A DNA stretch of 64,000 nt from Anaerolineae bacterium (GTDB taxonomy: Bacteria; Chloroflexota; Anaerolineae; JAAEKA01), in assembly GCA_049299095.1 (NCBI GenBank), contig JBAQWV010000041.1:191569-255568 (forward strand), written 5' to 3'. Shown one piece after another: positions 34,678 to 46,700 of this stretch (position 1 is its first letter; each line of letters begins with the position of its first letter). The position numbers and the translations under genes were made by a program. The notes below the pieces were generated by a model. It ran no database searches, was not told the origin of the DNA, and worked only from the letters and a program-made list of their open reading frames with translations.

Positions 34678-37098
34678 CTAGCGCCGCGGGCGGAAGAACT
34701 GGCGGTAGAACACACCCAGCAGCACACCAGCGACCACACCCAGCGCAGCCCAGCCCCAGTCGGGCAAGGCCTGGTTTTGTGCGCTGAAGCTGGCAAGCTC
34801 AACCGCGGTCGGTTCGTCAATGGTTAAAGCACGGCTGGGGCTGGCCCATGAACTGTTCACTGTGTCCAACTGCGAGCGGATGCGTAGCCCCGCGGTCGAG
34901 GTGGCATCCTTCGGCACGCGCCACAAGACGGCGCCGGTGGCCGAGCGGCTTGGCTCTACCTCGGCCAGTTGCCATTCGGCCAGGCTAATCCGATCCACGC
35001 GCACGTCACTCAACCAGACTGCATCCTCCGCGCGGCTGACTGTGCCATCCTTACGGTAACGCCAGGTCAATTCATGCGCGCCCGCGGGCAGGATCACGGT
35101 GAAGGGTTGCCAATCTTGCTGGCCGCTGGCCCGCAGATAGGTCACGCCGTCCACCTGAAATTCAAAGAGGTCGAAACCCTGTTCAGTGTCCAGGCGATAA
35201 CGAAAACTGAGGGGGCCATCGGCCACCATCTGCACCGGCCAACGCAGGCTGCTGCTTTGGCTGTGTTCGATTACACCGGAACGGAAAGCGCCGTCCAGAG
35301 CCAGCCAGCCCGCTTGTCCGTAGCTTTGCATATCGTCAGGTACACCTTGCGCAGGATCAAGCTGCCGCGTGCCGACGGCGGTGGCATTGGCGCTCCAGGC
35401 CAGTTCAAAAGCTACCGGCAACTCGGTGCGCGTTTGCCAATCCACTGCGGCAAGCCCGCCGGGGCGCAACGTGTCACCGCCCGCGGGGCTGCGCAGCAAT
35501 GGAGCAGGCAGCGTGGCCAGCCCGCGGCTTTGCAGTGCCTGCAGAATGGCTGCGCGGTGTGCGCTGTTGTATAAATTGGCGTCGGCGTCCAGCAAAGCTT
35601 GACCAGCTTCGGGCAGTGTGGCCGCGGGCGGCAGATAAAACGCGCTTTCCAACGCCAGCCGATCTGCCACCGCTTGCCCGGCGGCTGCGCGCACATCCCA
35701 CAACACACGACTCCAGATTTCGCCGTCTACGTGTGGATCGCCGGATAGATTAACGGGGTATTGACGTGCCCGGTCAACCCGGCGGAGACAGCGCGCCGCG
35801 CGCGCGTAGCCGCGGCTGTCCCATTCGCCGATGCACGCGGGGTCGTTGGTGGTATCGGCGAAGAGCGAAGCCGCCAGATAGTCACCAAAGCCCTCGCCGA
35901 GTGCGTCCATGTCGCCACCACCCCAGTACGGGGCCATATCTTGCAGCAATGCGTGCGCGTACTCGTGAACAATGATATCAGGGTCTTGCGCGTCGGGCAC
36001 GCCACCATCGCCAAAGTGCAGTGCATCGTCGCTGATGCTGTAAAACGACTGATCCTGCTCGAACCAGTGCGCGCTGACAAAGGTGACACGGTCACGAATG
36101 CCGTTGGCCGGGGTGTTGGCCGCGCTGTAGCCAAGCGATTGCAGATAGCGTTGGGTGGTGTCAATGTAGTAGTAGGCCATCACTTCGGCAAAACGCGGGT
36201 CGTTGGGGTCGTATTCAAATGTGCCTTGCGACGAAAAGGCCGCAGATGGCAGATAACCTTCTGGTTGGGTCACATCTACGTACTCGCCGCGTAGCCAACC
36301 GCTGCCGTCCAGCCCTTGCAACGGCAAAGACCGTAGCTGCGGCGCGCGACGGAACGCCGTCGCAGGTTGTGGCGTCGTAAGATCGAATACTTGCCCGCGC
36401 GCCAGCACCAGCCGATTGTAGCGTTTAAGCACCGCGCCGGTCGCCGCGTCAAGAAAAACTTCCCAGTCCCCTTGTGGCTGGGCCGCGGAGATCAGCACAC
36501 GCCAGACCAGTTGTCCGGTGGTCTCGTTCATGGGCAAGACCATCAACTGCGGTGCGGGGCTGTTCGCGCGCGGGGCGGCAAACTGAATGGCGGCGCGGGC
36601 GCTCTGCACAGCCTGCACCGGCGTGATTGGGGCGACTGCGGCGTCGGGCAAGCGCAGGTCAGGCAGAAGGCGGCTTTGCAACACCTGCACCTGGCCGTGC
36701 TTGTCCAGATGAAGGGCCAGATAAGCGCCGTAAATCGGATGACCGGCTAGCGTCTGCTGATAAACCACGTGGCCGCTGTCAAGACCGTTGCGCACAGAGA
36801 TCAGTTGCAGGTCGGCCAGCGTCGGGTCTACACCGAGAAACGCGGCATAAGTGCGGACGAAAGCATCGGCCTGGGCGCGGACGTCGCCCTGCCCCGGCTC
36901 GCCCGGCACTGTGCAGGTGCGCAGTTGCGCAGGCCAGCCGCTGATTGGGTTGCGCGTAATGGCAACACAGGCCAGATCAACCGGTGGCGACTGCGGCGCG
37001 GCCGCGACGGGCGCGCTGAAACTCACCAGCAGCGCCAGCAGGAACAGCAGGCGAGCAGAGCGAGCAGCGTGAGCAGCGTGAGCCGGTAAATGTAGCAT
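34678..37098 (-). CDS. Secreted thermolysin-clan metalloprotease (M36/M4-like) with a C-terminal TM anchor
   Basis: Signal peptide from MLHLP... (the ORF is open to 37158). An FTP/PepSY-like propeptide is followed by IIVHEYAHALLQD (HExxH) and GEGFGDYLAASL. The C-terminus is a jelly-roll-like module plus the hydrophobic tail WAALGVVAGVLLGVFYRQFFRPRR. Confidence 0.8.
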   Translation of the reverse strand: MLHLPAHAAHAARSARLLFLLALLVSFSAPVAAAPQSPPVDLACVAITRNPISGWPAQLRTCTVPGEPGQGDVRAQADAFVRTYAAFLGVDPTLADLQLISVRNGLDSGHVVYQQTLAGHPIYGAYLALHLDKHGQVQVLQSRLLPDLRLPDAAVAPITPVQAVQSARAAIQFAAPRANSPAPQLMVLPMNETTGQLVWRVLISAAQPQGDWEVFLDAATGAVLKRYNRLVLARGQVFDLTTPQPATAFRRAPQLRSLPLQGLDGSGWLRGEYVDVTQPEGYLPSAAFSSQGTFEYDPNDPRFAEVMAYYYIDTTQRYLQSLGYSAANTPANGIRDRVTFVSAHWFEQDQSFYSISDDALHFGDGGVPDAQDPDIIVHEYAHALLQDMAPYWGGGDMDALGEGFGDYLAASLFADTTNDPACIGEWDSRGYARAARCLRRVDRARQYPVNLSGDPHVDGEIWSRVLWDVRAAAGQAVADRLALESAFYLPPAATLPEAGQALLDADANLYNSAHRAAILQALQSRGLATLPAPLLRSPAGGDTLRPGGLAAVDWQTRTELPVAFELAWSANATAVGTRQLDPAQGVPDDMQSYGQAGWLALDGAFRSGVIEHSQSSSLRWPVQMVADGPLSFRYRLDTEQGFDLFEFQVDGVTYLRASGQQDWQPFTVILPAGAHELTWRYRKDGTVSRAEDAVWLSDVRVDRISLAEWQLAEVEPSRSATGAVLWRVPKDATSTAGLRIRSQLDTVNSSWASPSRALTIDEPTAVELASFSAQNQALPDWGWAALGVVAGVLLGVFYRQFFRPRR

Positions 37099-37283
37099 AC
37101 GCCGTGCAGAAGGAAACATCAAAGCATCTACCTTGTGAAAACCCGTCATTACGTTCATTCTAGCATGGGAACGGGCAATTGTCTAGCAAACCGGCTGTGT
37201 ACGGATTTCGAATTCGCGTTGGGGGATGCCAACTCTCCCGGCCCGGAAAACCGGATTGCCACCCAAAGCCCGTCTCGTTTCAA

Positions 37284-37312
37284 TTGACCCCCCCTTCCTT
37301 TTGTGCTATCAT
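37284..37312 (+). promoter_or_regulatory. Candidate promoter TTGACC-17-TATCAT with TGc extended -10
   Basis: TTGACC at 37284-37289, a 17-nt spacer ending in TGC, and TATCAT at 37307-37312. It lies upstream of the lipoprotein gene. Confidence 0.5.
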
Positions 37313-37351
37313 CCTGCATTGCGCATATGCTATGCGCCAAGGAGTTTTTGT

Positions 37352-38065
37352 ATGGTAAAGTTATATCGTGTTATTGGTTTGTCGCTGCTGGCCGCGTTCG
37401 TGTTGTCAGCCTGTAGCTCCTCGCTGACAACGCCGACGCCGATTGTATTGCCCACGCGCGCGCCGATCCCGTTCAGTGAAGCGGTTGAGATGCAAGTGCA
37501 GCAAGCGGACGCGGTTTTGCCCGATGGCCCGGCAACCGGCATCATCGCGGCCTACGGCACGGCCAGCGCGGGCAGTGACACGCTGCTGGCCTGCGCGTTG
37601 GAAACGACAACGATCCGCTGCATGCGTTATCCCGTGGCTCTGTCGAACCTCGCCGCGGGTTTGGTGCAACTGGATGGACAAGTAAACAGCGGCCAGCTCA
37701 CTGTGCGCACGGCCAGCACCTTCGCCTGGGACGAAGCCAGCCAGCGCGCCGCGGCTGAAGCGAAGCTCGCGGACATTGCTCCCCTGCTCACTACCTACGA
37801 CTGGTCAAGCATTGCCCTGGCAGACTATGTAGAGTCGTCGGCGTGGTTTAACCCGGATGCTGAGCGGCTGAAAGCTATCCCACTGGAGCTGTATGGCTAC
37901 GATCTTAGCAACGATTGGGTGATCTGGCGCGGTCAGGGCTGGGAAATGCCACAGGATACGCGTATCACCCACCGCTTTCCTGTAGTGTATATCATGACCG
38001 ATCCTACCCAGGAACGTCCTGCTGAGGCGTTGGTCACCATTGAAGGCACCACCGAAGAACAGTAG
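37352..38065 (+). CDS. Hypothetical lipoprotein
   Basis: The ATG at 37352 follows AAGGAG. The signal MVKLYRVIGLSLLAAFVLSAC contains a lipobox. No recognisable family. Confidence 0.7.
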   Translation: MVKLYRVIGLSLLAAFVLSACSSSLTTPTPIVLPTRAPIPFSEAVEMQVQQADAVLPDGPATGIIAAYGTASAGSDTLLACALETTTIRCMRYPVALSNLAAGLVQLDGQVNSGQLTVRTASTFAWDEASQRAAAEAKLADIAPLLTTYDWSSIALADYVESSAWFNPDAERLKAIPLELYGYDLSNDWVIWRGQGWEMPQDTRITHRFPVVYIMTDPTQERPAEALVTIEGTTEEQ

Positions 38066-38074
38066 TTTTAACGC

Positions 38075-38578
38075 ATGAAACCTTATCTCTATTGCCCAAT
38101 GTGCGGGACATCGCTGGTTGAGCGTACAGTCTACGGCTTGCCACGGCAGGCGTGCCCAGCCTGTGATTTCGTTTATTTCAAGGACCCCAAGGTCGCTGCG
38201 GCTGTGCTGATTGACGATAATGGCCGCGTCTTGCTGATCCGGCGGGCGGTGGATCCGCGCAGCGGCTACTGGGCACTGCCCGCAGGCTTTGTCGAGGAAC
38301 ATGAACTGCCCGACGAAGCTGCCAGCCGCGAAGTGCTGGAAGAGACCGGTCTGGCTGTGGCAGTGGGTGATTTGCTGCGCATTCGTCGCACGGCCAACCC
38401 CAAGAAGCCCGGCTTCCTGATGACCTATCGCGGGGAACTGCTCGGTGGTCAGTTGCAGGCCAACGATGACGTGAGCGAAGCGCGCTGGTTCGGCCTGGAG
38501 GAAATTCCCTGGGACGATCTTGCCTTTGAAAGCACCATTGAGTCGCTGCAAGCGTGGGCCGCGGCCCAGCCGGGATGA
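38075..38578 (+). CDS. NUDIX hydrolase with N-terminal zinc ribbon
   Basis: CPMCG...CPACD, then the Nudix box GYWALPAGFVEEHELPDEAASREVLEETG. Confidence 0.9.
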   Translation: MKPYLYCPMCGTSLVERTVYGLPRQACPACDFVYFKDPKVAAAVLIDDNGRVLLIRRAVDPRSGYWALPAGFVEEHELPDEAASREVLEETGLAVAVGDLLRIRRTANPKKPGFLMTYRGELLGGQLQANDDVSEARWFGLEEIPWDDLAFESTIESLQAWAAAQPG

Positions 38579-38584
38579 TTTTCT

Positions 38585-39436
38585 ATGAACCAGATTGATC
38601 TGCATACCCACACAACGGCTTCTGACGGCAAACACTCCCCCGCCGAGCTGATCCAGATGGCGGGCGAGTTGGGCTTGCACGCGGTGGCAGTGTGTGACCA
38701 CGATTCCACCGCGGGCCTGGCGGAGGCGCTGGCTGCTGGCGCACAGGCGGGCGTTGAAGTGATTCCCGCGGTTGAGTTGAGTTGTGACGTGCCGGAAGGT
38801 GAGTTGCACATGCTCGGTTACTTCCCGGACTACGCCGACGCCGCGTTTCAGACGGAATTGAGCCGTCTGCGCGAGGGTCGCGTAGGTCGGGCGCAGGCGA
38901 TGGTGCGCAAGCTGAATGAGCTGGGCTATCCCATCACTTACGAGCGCGTGCTGGAGCTGGCGGGGGACGGCGCGATTGGCCGCCCACACGTTGCGCAGGC
39001 GTTGGTAGAAGCACGGCTGGTACAAAACAAGGGTGAAGCCTTCGAGCGGCTGATCGGACGCAACGGCCCCGCCCACGTCGAACGTGCCAAGCTGCTGCCG
39101 ACAGATGCCTGCCGCCTGATCCGCAGCGTCGGCGGGTTGCCGGTTTTTGCGCATCCCTTCATTGCCACGGCCAGCGGCCGCGTGCTGGAACCGATGCCGG
39201 TGGAAGCGTCGCTGCCGGGCCTGGTAGACGCCGGGCTGGCGGGCATCGAAGTGTACTATCCCAACTACACACCGCGGTTGATCGAGCGTCTGACACGCCT
39301 CAGCCGCAAGTTTGGTTTGCTGGTCACGGGCGGCTCCGATTTTCACGGCGAAGGGTCGGCTGGCGCACCACTGGGTGGTGTGTATGTGCCGAATAAATGC
39401 CTGACCGCGCTGAAAGCGGCGCACGCTGCCGCCTGA
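38585..39436 (+). CDS. PHP-domain phosphoesterase (TrpH/YciV-like)
   Basis: IDLHTHTTASDGKHSP...AVCDHDS...FAHP...GGSDFHG. Confidence 0.85.
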   Translation: MNQIDLHTHTTASDGKHSPAELIQMAGELGLHAVAVCDHDSTAGLAEALAAGAQAGVEVIPAVELSCDVPEGELHMLGYFPDYADAAFQTELSRLREGRVGRAQAMVRKLNELGYPITYERVLELAGDGAIGRPHVAQALVEARLVQNKGEAFERLIGRNGPAHVERAKLLPTDACRLIRSVGGLPVFAHPFIATASGRVLEPMPVEASLPGLVDAGLAGIEVYYPNYTPRLIERLTRLSRKFGLLVTGGSDFHGEGSAGAPLGGVYVPNKCLTALKAAHAAA

Positions 39437-39476
39437 GCCGCTCTTTCGATCATTTTTATTCAGAAACGATTTTGTT

Positions 39477-40277
39477 ATGCTTGCAACTGCGATAAACCTC
39501 GTGCGCGCGGCGGGCGACCTGCTGCGGCAAGGCCATTATAACGGCTCTGGCCGCGCGGCCAGCAAGAGCAGCGCGGTGGACCTGGTCACGGAATATGACC
39601 TGGCCTCGGAGCGTCTGATAACGGCTGGCCTGCGCCAGCATTTTCCCGATTATGCCATTCTGGGTGAAGAAGGCGACCATACACTGCCTGCCGCCGGCCC
39701 AGTCTGGGTGATTGATCCGGTGGACGGCACGACCAACTTTGCGCACGGCTTTCCGGTGTTCAGTATCTCGCTGGCGCTCCTGGTAGACCGTCAGCCAGAA
39801 CTGGGCGTGGTTTACGATCCACTGCGCGATGACCTGTTCTGGGCGCAGCGTGGGCAGGGAGCCTGGCGCGGGGAACGGCGGTTGCAGGTAGCGCCCAGCA
39901 GCAGCCTAGAGAGCAGCTTGCTGGCAACCGGCTTTCCCTATGACCGTGCCAGCAATGCCGACAATAATCTGGCTGAATTTTCTTACTTCATGCCACGCAC
40001 GCGCGGCGTGCGGCGTGCCGGTTCTGCCGCACTGGACATGGCCTGGGTGGCCGCGGGCTGGGTTAACGGCTACTGGGAACGCGGTGTGCAGGTCTGGGAC
40101 ATGGCCGCCGCGGTTCTGATGGTGTCTGAAGCTGGCGGCCTGGTCACCACCTATTCGGGTCGCCCCTGGCAACCAGGTGATCGAACGGTGGTCGGCGCGC
40201 ACAGCACCGTCCATGCGCTGCTGCTGAACGGCATTGCCGAAGCACGCGGTGGGCGTCACTTGCCGATGCTGGAATAG
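39477..40277 (+). CDS. Inositol monophosphatase family protein (SuhB/CysQ-like)
   Basis: VTEYD...ILGEE...WVIDPVDGTTNFAHG...WDMAAA. Confidence 0.9.
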   Translation: MLATAINLVRAAGDLLRQGHYNGSGRAASKSSAVDLVTEYDLASERLITAGLRQHFPDYAILGEEGDHTLPAAGPVWVIDPVDGTTNFAHGFPVFSISLALLVDRQPELGVVYDPLRDDLFWAQRGQGAWRGERRLQVAPSSSLESSLLATGFPYDRASNADNNLAEFSYFMPRTRGVRRAGSAALDMAWVAAGWVNGYWERGVQVWDMAAAVLMVSEAGGLVTTYSGRPWQPGDRTVVGAHSTVHALLLNGIAEARGGRHLPMLE

Positions 40278-40302
40278 GATCTTCGAGTCTTTTTGATGTG
40301 TT

Positions 40303-41466
40303 ATGTATCTGAATAACAAGAGACGCCCCCGGCGCCGCCGTCGCGGCTCGCCGGTTCCCATGTTTATCGTGGCTATTGCCGCGCTGCTGGTGGTGGCTTT
40401 CGTAGCCAACCAGGAGTTCGACCTGTTGCGCAATCCCTTCCAGACGCCAACGCCTTCAGCCACACCCACGCGCACGACGCTTTCTTATTTCGATGAAGCA
40501 GATGCATATGTAGACGAAGGCAAAGTGGTGCAGGCTGCGGAAACGCTCAAAATTGTGGCCGAACGCGAGCCGGAAAACGATGAAGTGCGCCGCGAGATTG
40601 CGCATTTGTATATCTACGGCGGTCAGTATAGCGACGCGTTGCCGGTGGCGCAGGAGGCCGTCAAGATCAACGAAGACGATGCGCGCAACCAAGCCACCCT
40701 GGCGATGGCGTTGACCTGGACTGGAAACTTCGACGACGGCTATTCCGCCGCACAGTTGGCGGTACAAATGGATCCACAGTTGCCGCAGGCTCATGCACAA
40801 CTGGCCGAAGTGCTAGCCAGTCTGGGAAGCTGGCGGCAGGCACAGCAGGAAGTGCAGGTGGCGCTTGATCAGGCCCCGCGCGATTTTGATTCTGTGCGCA
40901 TCATGGGCTACACCTACGAAGTGCAGGGTAAGTACACCGAGGCGCTCGACTATTATCAGCAGGCCGCAGACCTCAAGCCACACATTCCGCTGATCTATCT
41001 GGTGATGGGACGCAACTACCGCGCGCTGGAAGACTACGACCAGGCCATTGCCAGTTTTCGGCGCGGGCTGGAGGGTGCTTCGGAAGACCCCTGGCTGCAC
41101 TTCGAGTTGGGCAAAACGCTGTTCCAGGTAGGTGATCAGGAACTCGGCCTGCGCGAGCTGCGCAAGGCGGTGGAACTGCGGCCCGACATGCCTGACGCCT
41201 ATCAGCAGTTGGGGGTGGGGTTGTATCTGCGCCGCGCCTATGAAGAAGCGATTGAAAACATGCAAAAGGCGATTGATCTGGGCAACAACGCCGCGATCAA
41301 CTATTACATCATTGGGCGGTCTTACCTGAACCTTGAAGTGCCAGACTGCGCCAACGCTGTGCCCAACCTGCAAAAGGCATTGGAAGTGGATGCCGAGATG
41401 ATTCCGTATGTGGATGCGGCGGACAGCATCCGGGAATGTGGCGGTGTGGTGCCGGCCAGTCCGTAA
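40303..41466 (+). CDS. Membrane-anchored TPR-repeat protein
   Basis: Arg-rich N-terminus plus one TM, then multiple 34-aa TPR-like units (A..Y..AL...P....A...LG). Confidence 0.8.
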   Translation: MYLNNKRRPRRRRRGSPVPMFIVAIAALLVVAFVANQEFDLLRNPFQTPTPSATPTRTTLSYFDEADAYVDEGKVVQAAETLKIVAEREPENDEVRREIAHLYIYGGQYSDALPVAQEAVKINEDDARNQATLAMALTWTGNFDDGYSAAQLAVQMDPQLPQAHAQLAEVLASLGSWRQAQQEVQVALDQAPRDFDSVRIMGYTYEVQGKYTEALDYYQQAADLKPHIPLIYLVMGRNYRALEDYDQAIASFRRGLEGASEDPWLHFELGKTLFQVGDQELGLRELRKAVELRPDMPDAYQQLGVGLYLRRAYEEAIENMQKAIDLGNNAAINYYIIGRSYLNLEVPDCANAVPNLQKALEVDAEMIPYVDAADSIRECGGVVPASP

Positions 41467-41493
41467 CGAACCGCAACAACTGTTGCGACAAAT

Positions 41494-41522
41494 TTGACCG
41501 TTCGCACAGGGTGATGTATGAT
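41494..41522 (+). promoter_or_regulatory. groESL promoter TTGACC-17-TATGAT
   Basis: TTGACC at 41494-41499, a 17-nt spacer, and TATGAT at 41517-41522. CIRCE starts 8 nt downstream. Confidence 0.6.
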
Positions 41523-41529
41523 TAGGATG

Positions 41530-41556
41530 TTAGCACTCAATACACAAGAGTGCTAA
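41530..41556 (+). promoter_or_regulatory. CIRCE operator (HrcA binding site)
   Basis: TTAGCACTC-aatacacaa-GAGTGCTAA is an exact match to the CIRCE consensus (9-N9-9). The inverted repeat extends to aggatgttagcactc/gagtgctaacatcct (41524-41562). Confidence 0.95.
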
Positions 41557-41629
41557 CATCCTTTCTTTTATAGCCCTGTGACCAGCGTGTCACAGCAAAA
41601 AACACCTATTGTAGAGGAGCTAAACACAC

Positions 41630-41917
41630 ATGAACCTCAAGCCGCTGGGCGATCGCCTGCTGGTCAAGCCAATCGAACAAGAAGAAAAGACTGCTTCCGG
41701 CATTATCCTGCCCGAAACCGCCAAAGAGAAGCCGCAGGAAGGCGAAGTATTGGCCGTAGGTGCTGGCAGCCGCAAGGACGACGGCTCACGCATTGCAATG
41801 GACGTGACCGTGGGTGACCGCGTGCTGTACGCCAAATATGCTGGCACCGAAGTGAAGATGGACGGCGTGAAGTATCTCATTCTGCGTGAGAGTGACGTGC
41901 TGGCCATCGTTGGGTAA
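41630..41917 (+). CDS. groES: Co-chaperonin GroES
   Basis: [50 protein letters not shown] lies upstream. Confidence 0.97.
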   Translation: MNLKPLGDRLLVKPIEQEEKTASGIILPETAKEKPQEGEVLAVGAGSRKDDGSRIAMDVTVGDRVLYAKYAGTEVKMDGVKYLILRESDVLAIVG

Positions 41918-41968
41918 TTTTCGATTCGTATAACACAACAAACAAGGTTTATCTCAAAGGAGCTTTAA

Positions 41969-43621
<1,653 letters not shown>

Positions 43622-43634
43622 TATGTTCGCTTAA

Positions 43635-43675
43635 TAAAAAAACGGGTTGCCAACAATCGGCAACCCGTTTTTTTA
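43635..43675. terminator. Bidirectional rho-independent terminator
   Basis: A7, then a perfect 10-bp stem acgggttgcc/ggcaacccgt, then T7. It sits between convergent genes. Confidence 0.9.
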
Positions 43676-43743
43676 TGGTGTTTGAGGAAATCGCCTTACG
43701 GCTCGGCTTCGGCAGGCTCAACCGACGGGGGCACGACTAATCG

Positions 43744-46700
43744 TTAACGCCGCCAGCCCCAATCCTCCACCGCGCTGACAATGTCAGCGACGCTGAAATG
43801 GCCCGAACCGTCCAGATCGAGGCTCGCAGGACAGGCTGCGCTGACCGGCATAAGCCAGCAGCCAGCGATACGTTGAATATCGGCGATGTCCACGTCTCCA
43901 TCGCAAGCCAGCGGATTGGTATGGTTGGCATTCGGCTCCACATCGGAGCTATGACATCCCCCCACCAGGTCCAGTCGCCCAAACGCCTGAGCCTGGGTGT
44001 TGGTGGCTGTACCTTGCCAGATCAGGTAATGATCCCAGTTGCCGCCATCGTCATCATCGTGCAGGCCGATGTTAAAGCCCACAGACCAGCCCGAATCCCA
44101 CACTGGCGGCTGCAACAAACTGCGCGGCAGGGCTAGCTCGATTTGATAGCCATCAGGCAGGGTCACGATAGCCGGTGTAATCGTTGTCAGGTAGACATTG
44201 CCGCGATTGGTGATCCGTCCATCGGGGTTGACGGTGATCTGATGATCGTCAGCGCCGGTAAATGTTCCGTCGTGCGCACCGTCGAAGGCAATTTCCAGTT
44301 CGTCGTCCTGCCACACATCCGCGCTGTCGTTGACAATGACATCATCCCACACGCGCGCGGCCACATACAGATAATCATCATCCCAGGCCGTCCACACCTG
44401 AACACTGGCATCCGCCGCAGTGGGTGGGGCCACGGTGGTAGGTCGAACTTCGGCGGCGCTGGTGCTGTTCAGCAGCACGCTGCTGTTGGAGTTCCATTCG
44501 TTGAATTGACCGTCCAGCGTGGGCGGCAAGGTCATAAACGTGGCGCTGATCACCTGACCCGGCCCCAGGATCACCGGCGTCGCCGTAGCTGTGGGGGTAG
44601 CTGTCGCCGTAGGTGTGGGGGTACGCGTAGCGGTCGGCGTCACAGTCGCTGTCGCTGTGGGGGTATGGGTGGGCTGGCCGGTCGGTGTAGCCGTGGGTGT
44701 GGGGGTTTTCGTCGGTGTGTTTGTGGGGGTCGGCGTGGGCGGCACAACTGCGATGGCATAGGTAAAAACCAAGCGCGGCCGGATCGTCAGATCGGCGTTT
44801 TCACTGGAAGCGAAGTCATAGTTGACGCCGCCGCTGCCGGTGCCGCCTTTTAGTACCAGACCATTGTTTGTGATGCCGGATGCCCACTCTGCCAGCGCCG
44901 CGGTGACATTGAAACGCTCCCAAGCCTGTACACTCTCCAGCCGTTGCTGATCCAGCAGAGTGTTGGTGCGGTCGGCAGGAATGCCATTGGCTCCGGCAGT
45001 TGTCCAGTAAGTGCTGCTGGTGGCGCGCTGCCAGGTAGCCTGCGCCTCCAGCCAGCCACGCCGCGCCGCGTACACGCCCACATCCACCCAATTGCTGTCG
45101 TTGGAGCGCGTCGTCACGTACAAGTCAAGATAGCCCTCGGTGATCGTGGCCTGCGGTGGCAGGATGCCGGTCAAATCGAACTTGATCAGCCCGGCCCATT
45201 CGTCGTTCGGACGCACCGAAAACTTAATCGTCTCGCCATAGTTGGTCTCCGGGCTCCAACTGCTGATAAACGTATCGGTCACGCCATTGTAGCCGTTGCT
45301 GCCGGGTTGCAAGGTGACGCCGGTTTCTTCGTATCTCGTCAAGCGTACCAAATCAATGCGATGGAAAGTATCGTCATCATCGCCGCCGTTGGTGAGACGA
45401 AAATCGTTGCCGCCAGTCTGACGGTTGGCAAAATACCCATTACCCAGTACCTGTGTGACCGTGCGCCATTGGCCGGTGTTCTGTTTCTGCACCGTAAACG
45501 CGGTGGCGTAGGGATCATCCACGGCATCGTATTGCAGGCTCCAGGTGCCGGTTCCCTGATCGAGATAGGTCACCGTCACACTGACGGCAGTGCTGCCGCC
45601 CAGAATGTATTCATCGTCAACGTCGAAATACATGTACGGGTTGCCACTGGCCGCGTCGGTGCGCCGCGCATAGCGCCCGCGCATGTCGCTCGTGACATTC
45701 CACAGCGGCACGGTCGCGCCGCCGCTAGCGGCCGTATCCTGATAAAGCCAGAAGTTATAGTTGCCGCGCTGTGGATACCAAGTCGAGACCGGTTCCCGCA
45801 TCACCGTCCAAATGCCCGGCGTGTCATCGAGCGTGCGCCCCAGGTACTGGTTGGCGAAGTTCCATACCGTCTTTTCAAAGGGCGTCGCTGAGGTGAGCAG
45901 GTCCCATTTCGCCACGAAATACGCGGGGTGTTTATCCAGTGCATTGAGAACGCCCCAATAGACGTCCGCTTCCGTATCCAGACCGTCACGGTAGAGTTCC
46001 CACGCCAGCGGCCCGCCGGTATTGGGAAAGCTGAACATCGGATCATACTGGCCGGCGCGATATTCCGCATGATCCGTGTTGTCAATCACCTGATCGTCGT
46101 GATCAATCAGCAAGTGGTTGTGCTTCAATCCCACGCCCAAGTTGCCGGCATAGTCAGTGAACTCGCGTCGTTCGAAGCGTTGCAGATAAAACGGCGCGTA
46201 TTGCAGCATCAGCGGGGTGTTAGGAAAGGCCGAACGATAGATATCGGTGATGGCCTTCACCGTCTGAATCCAGACCGCGCTGGTCAGCCCATTCGCAGCC
46301 AAGCAAGCATCCATCGAATTATCTGTTGGTATCGTTTCACCAAACATACCGACGCTGATCTCGACCCACGCCACGCGTGCGTCGTTGTCGTAGCGTGTAC
46401 CGGCCGCGTGGATAAAGCGCGACCATTCTTGCAAGTAGCTGGCTGACCAAAACTTGGGGATATAGTGGGTCTGGCCATAGTAACTACACGACACGAAGCC
46501 ATCACCTAGCGGATGCTGCGTCATGTACCATTGCGGCATCCACGCGCCGCCGCAGCATGGCCCGTCATAGCTATTGAAACGAATACCCGTTGGCTTGCCC
46601 AGACTAGCTTCCGTTTGCAACCATGTATCAACCGGCTGCCAGTTGTACACACCTGCCCCGGTTTCAATCGTATGCCACTGAAATAGCTGATGGCCGCCAA

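Noticed and set aside
37805-39424. 539-aa ORF on the minus strand
   Set aside because: It is antisense to three well-supported + strand genes (lipoprotein 3' end, NUDIX, PHP). It spans their intergenic gaps and has a low-complexity R/Q/A/G composition.
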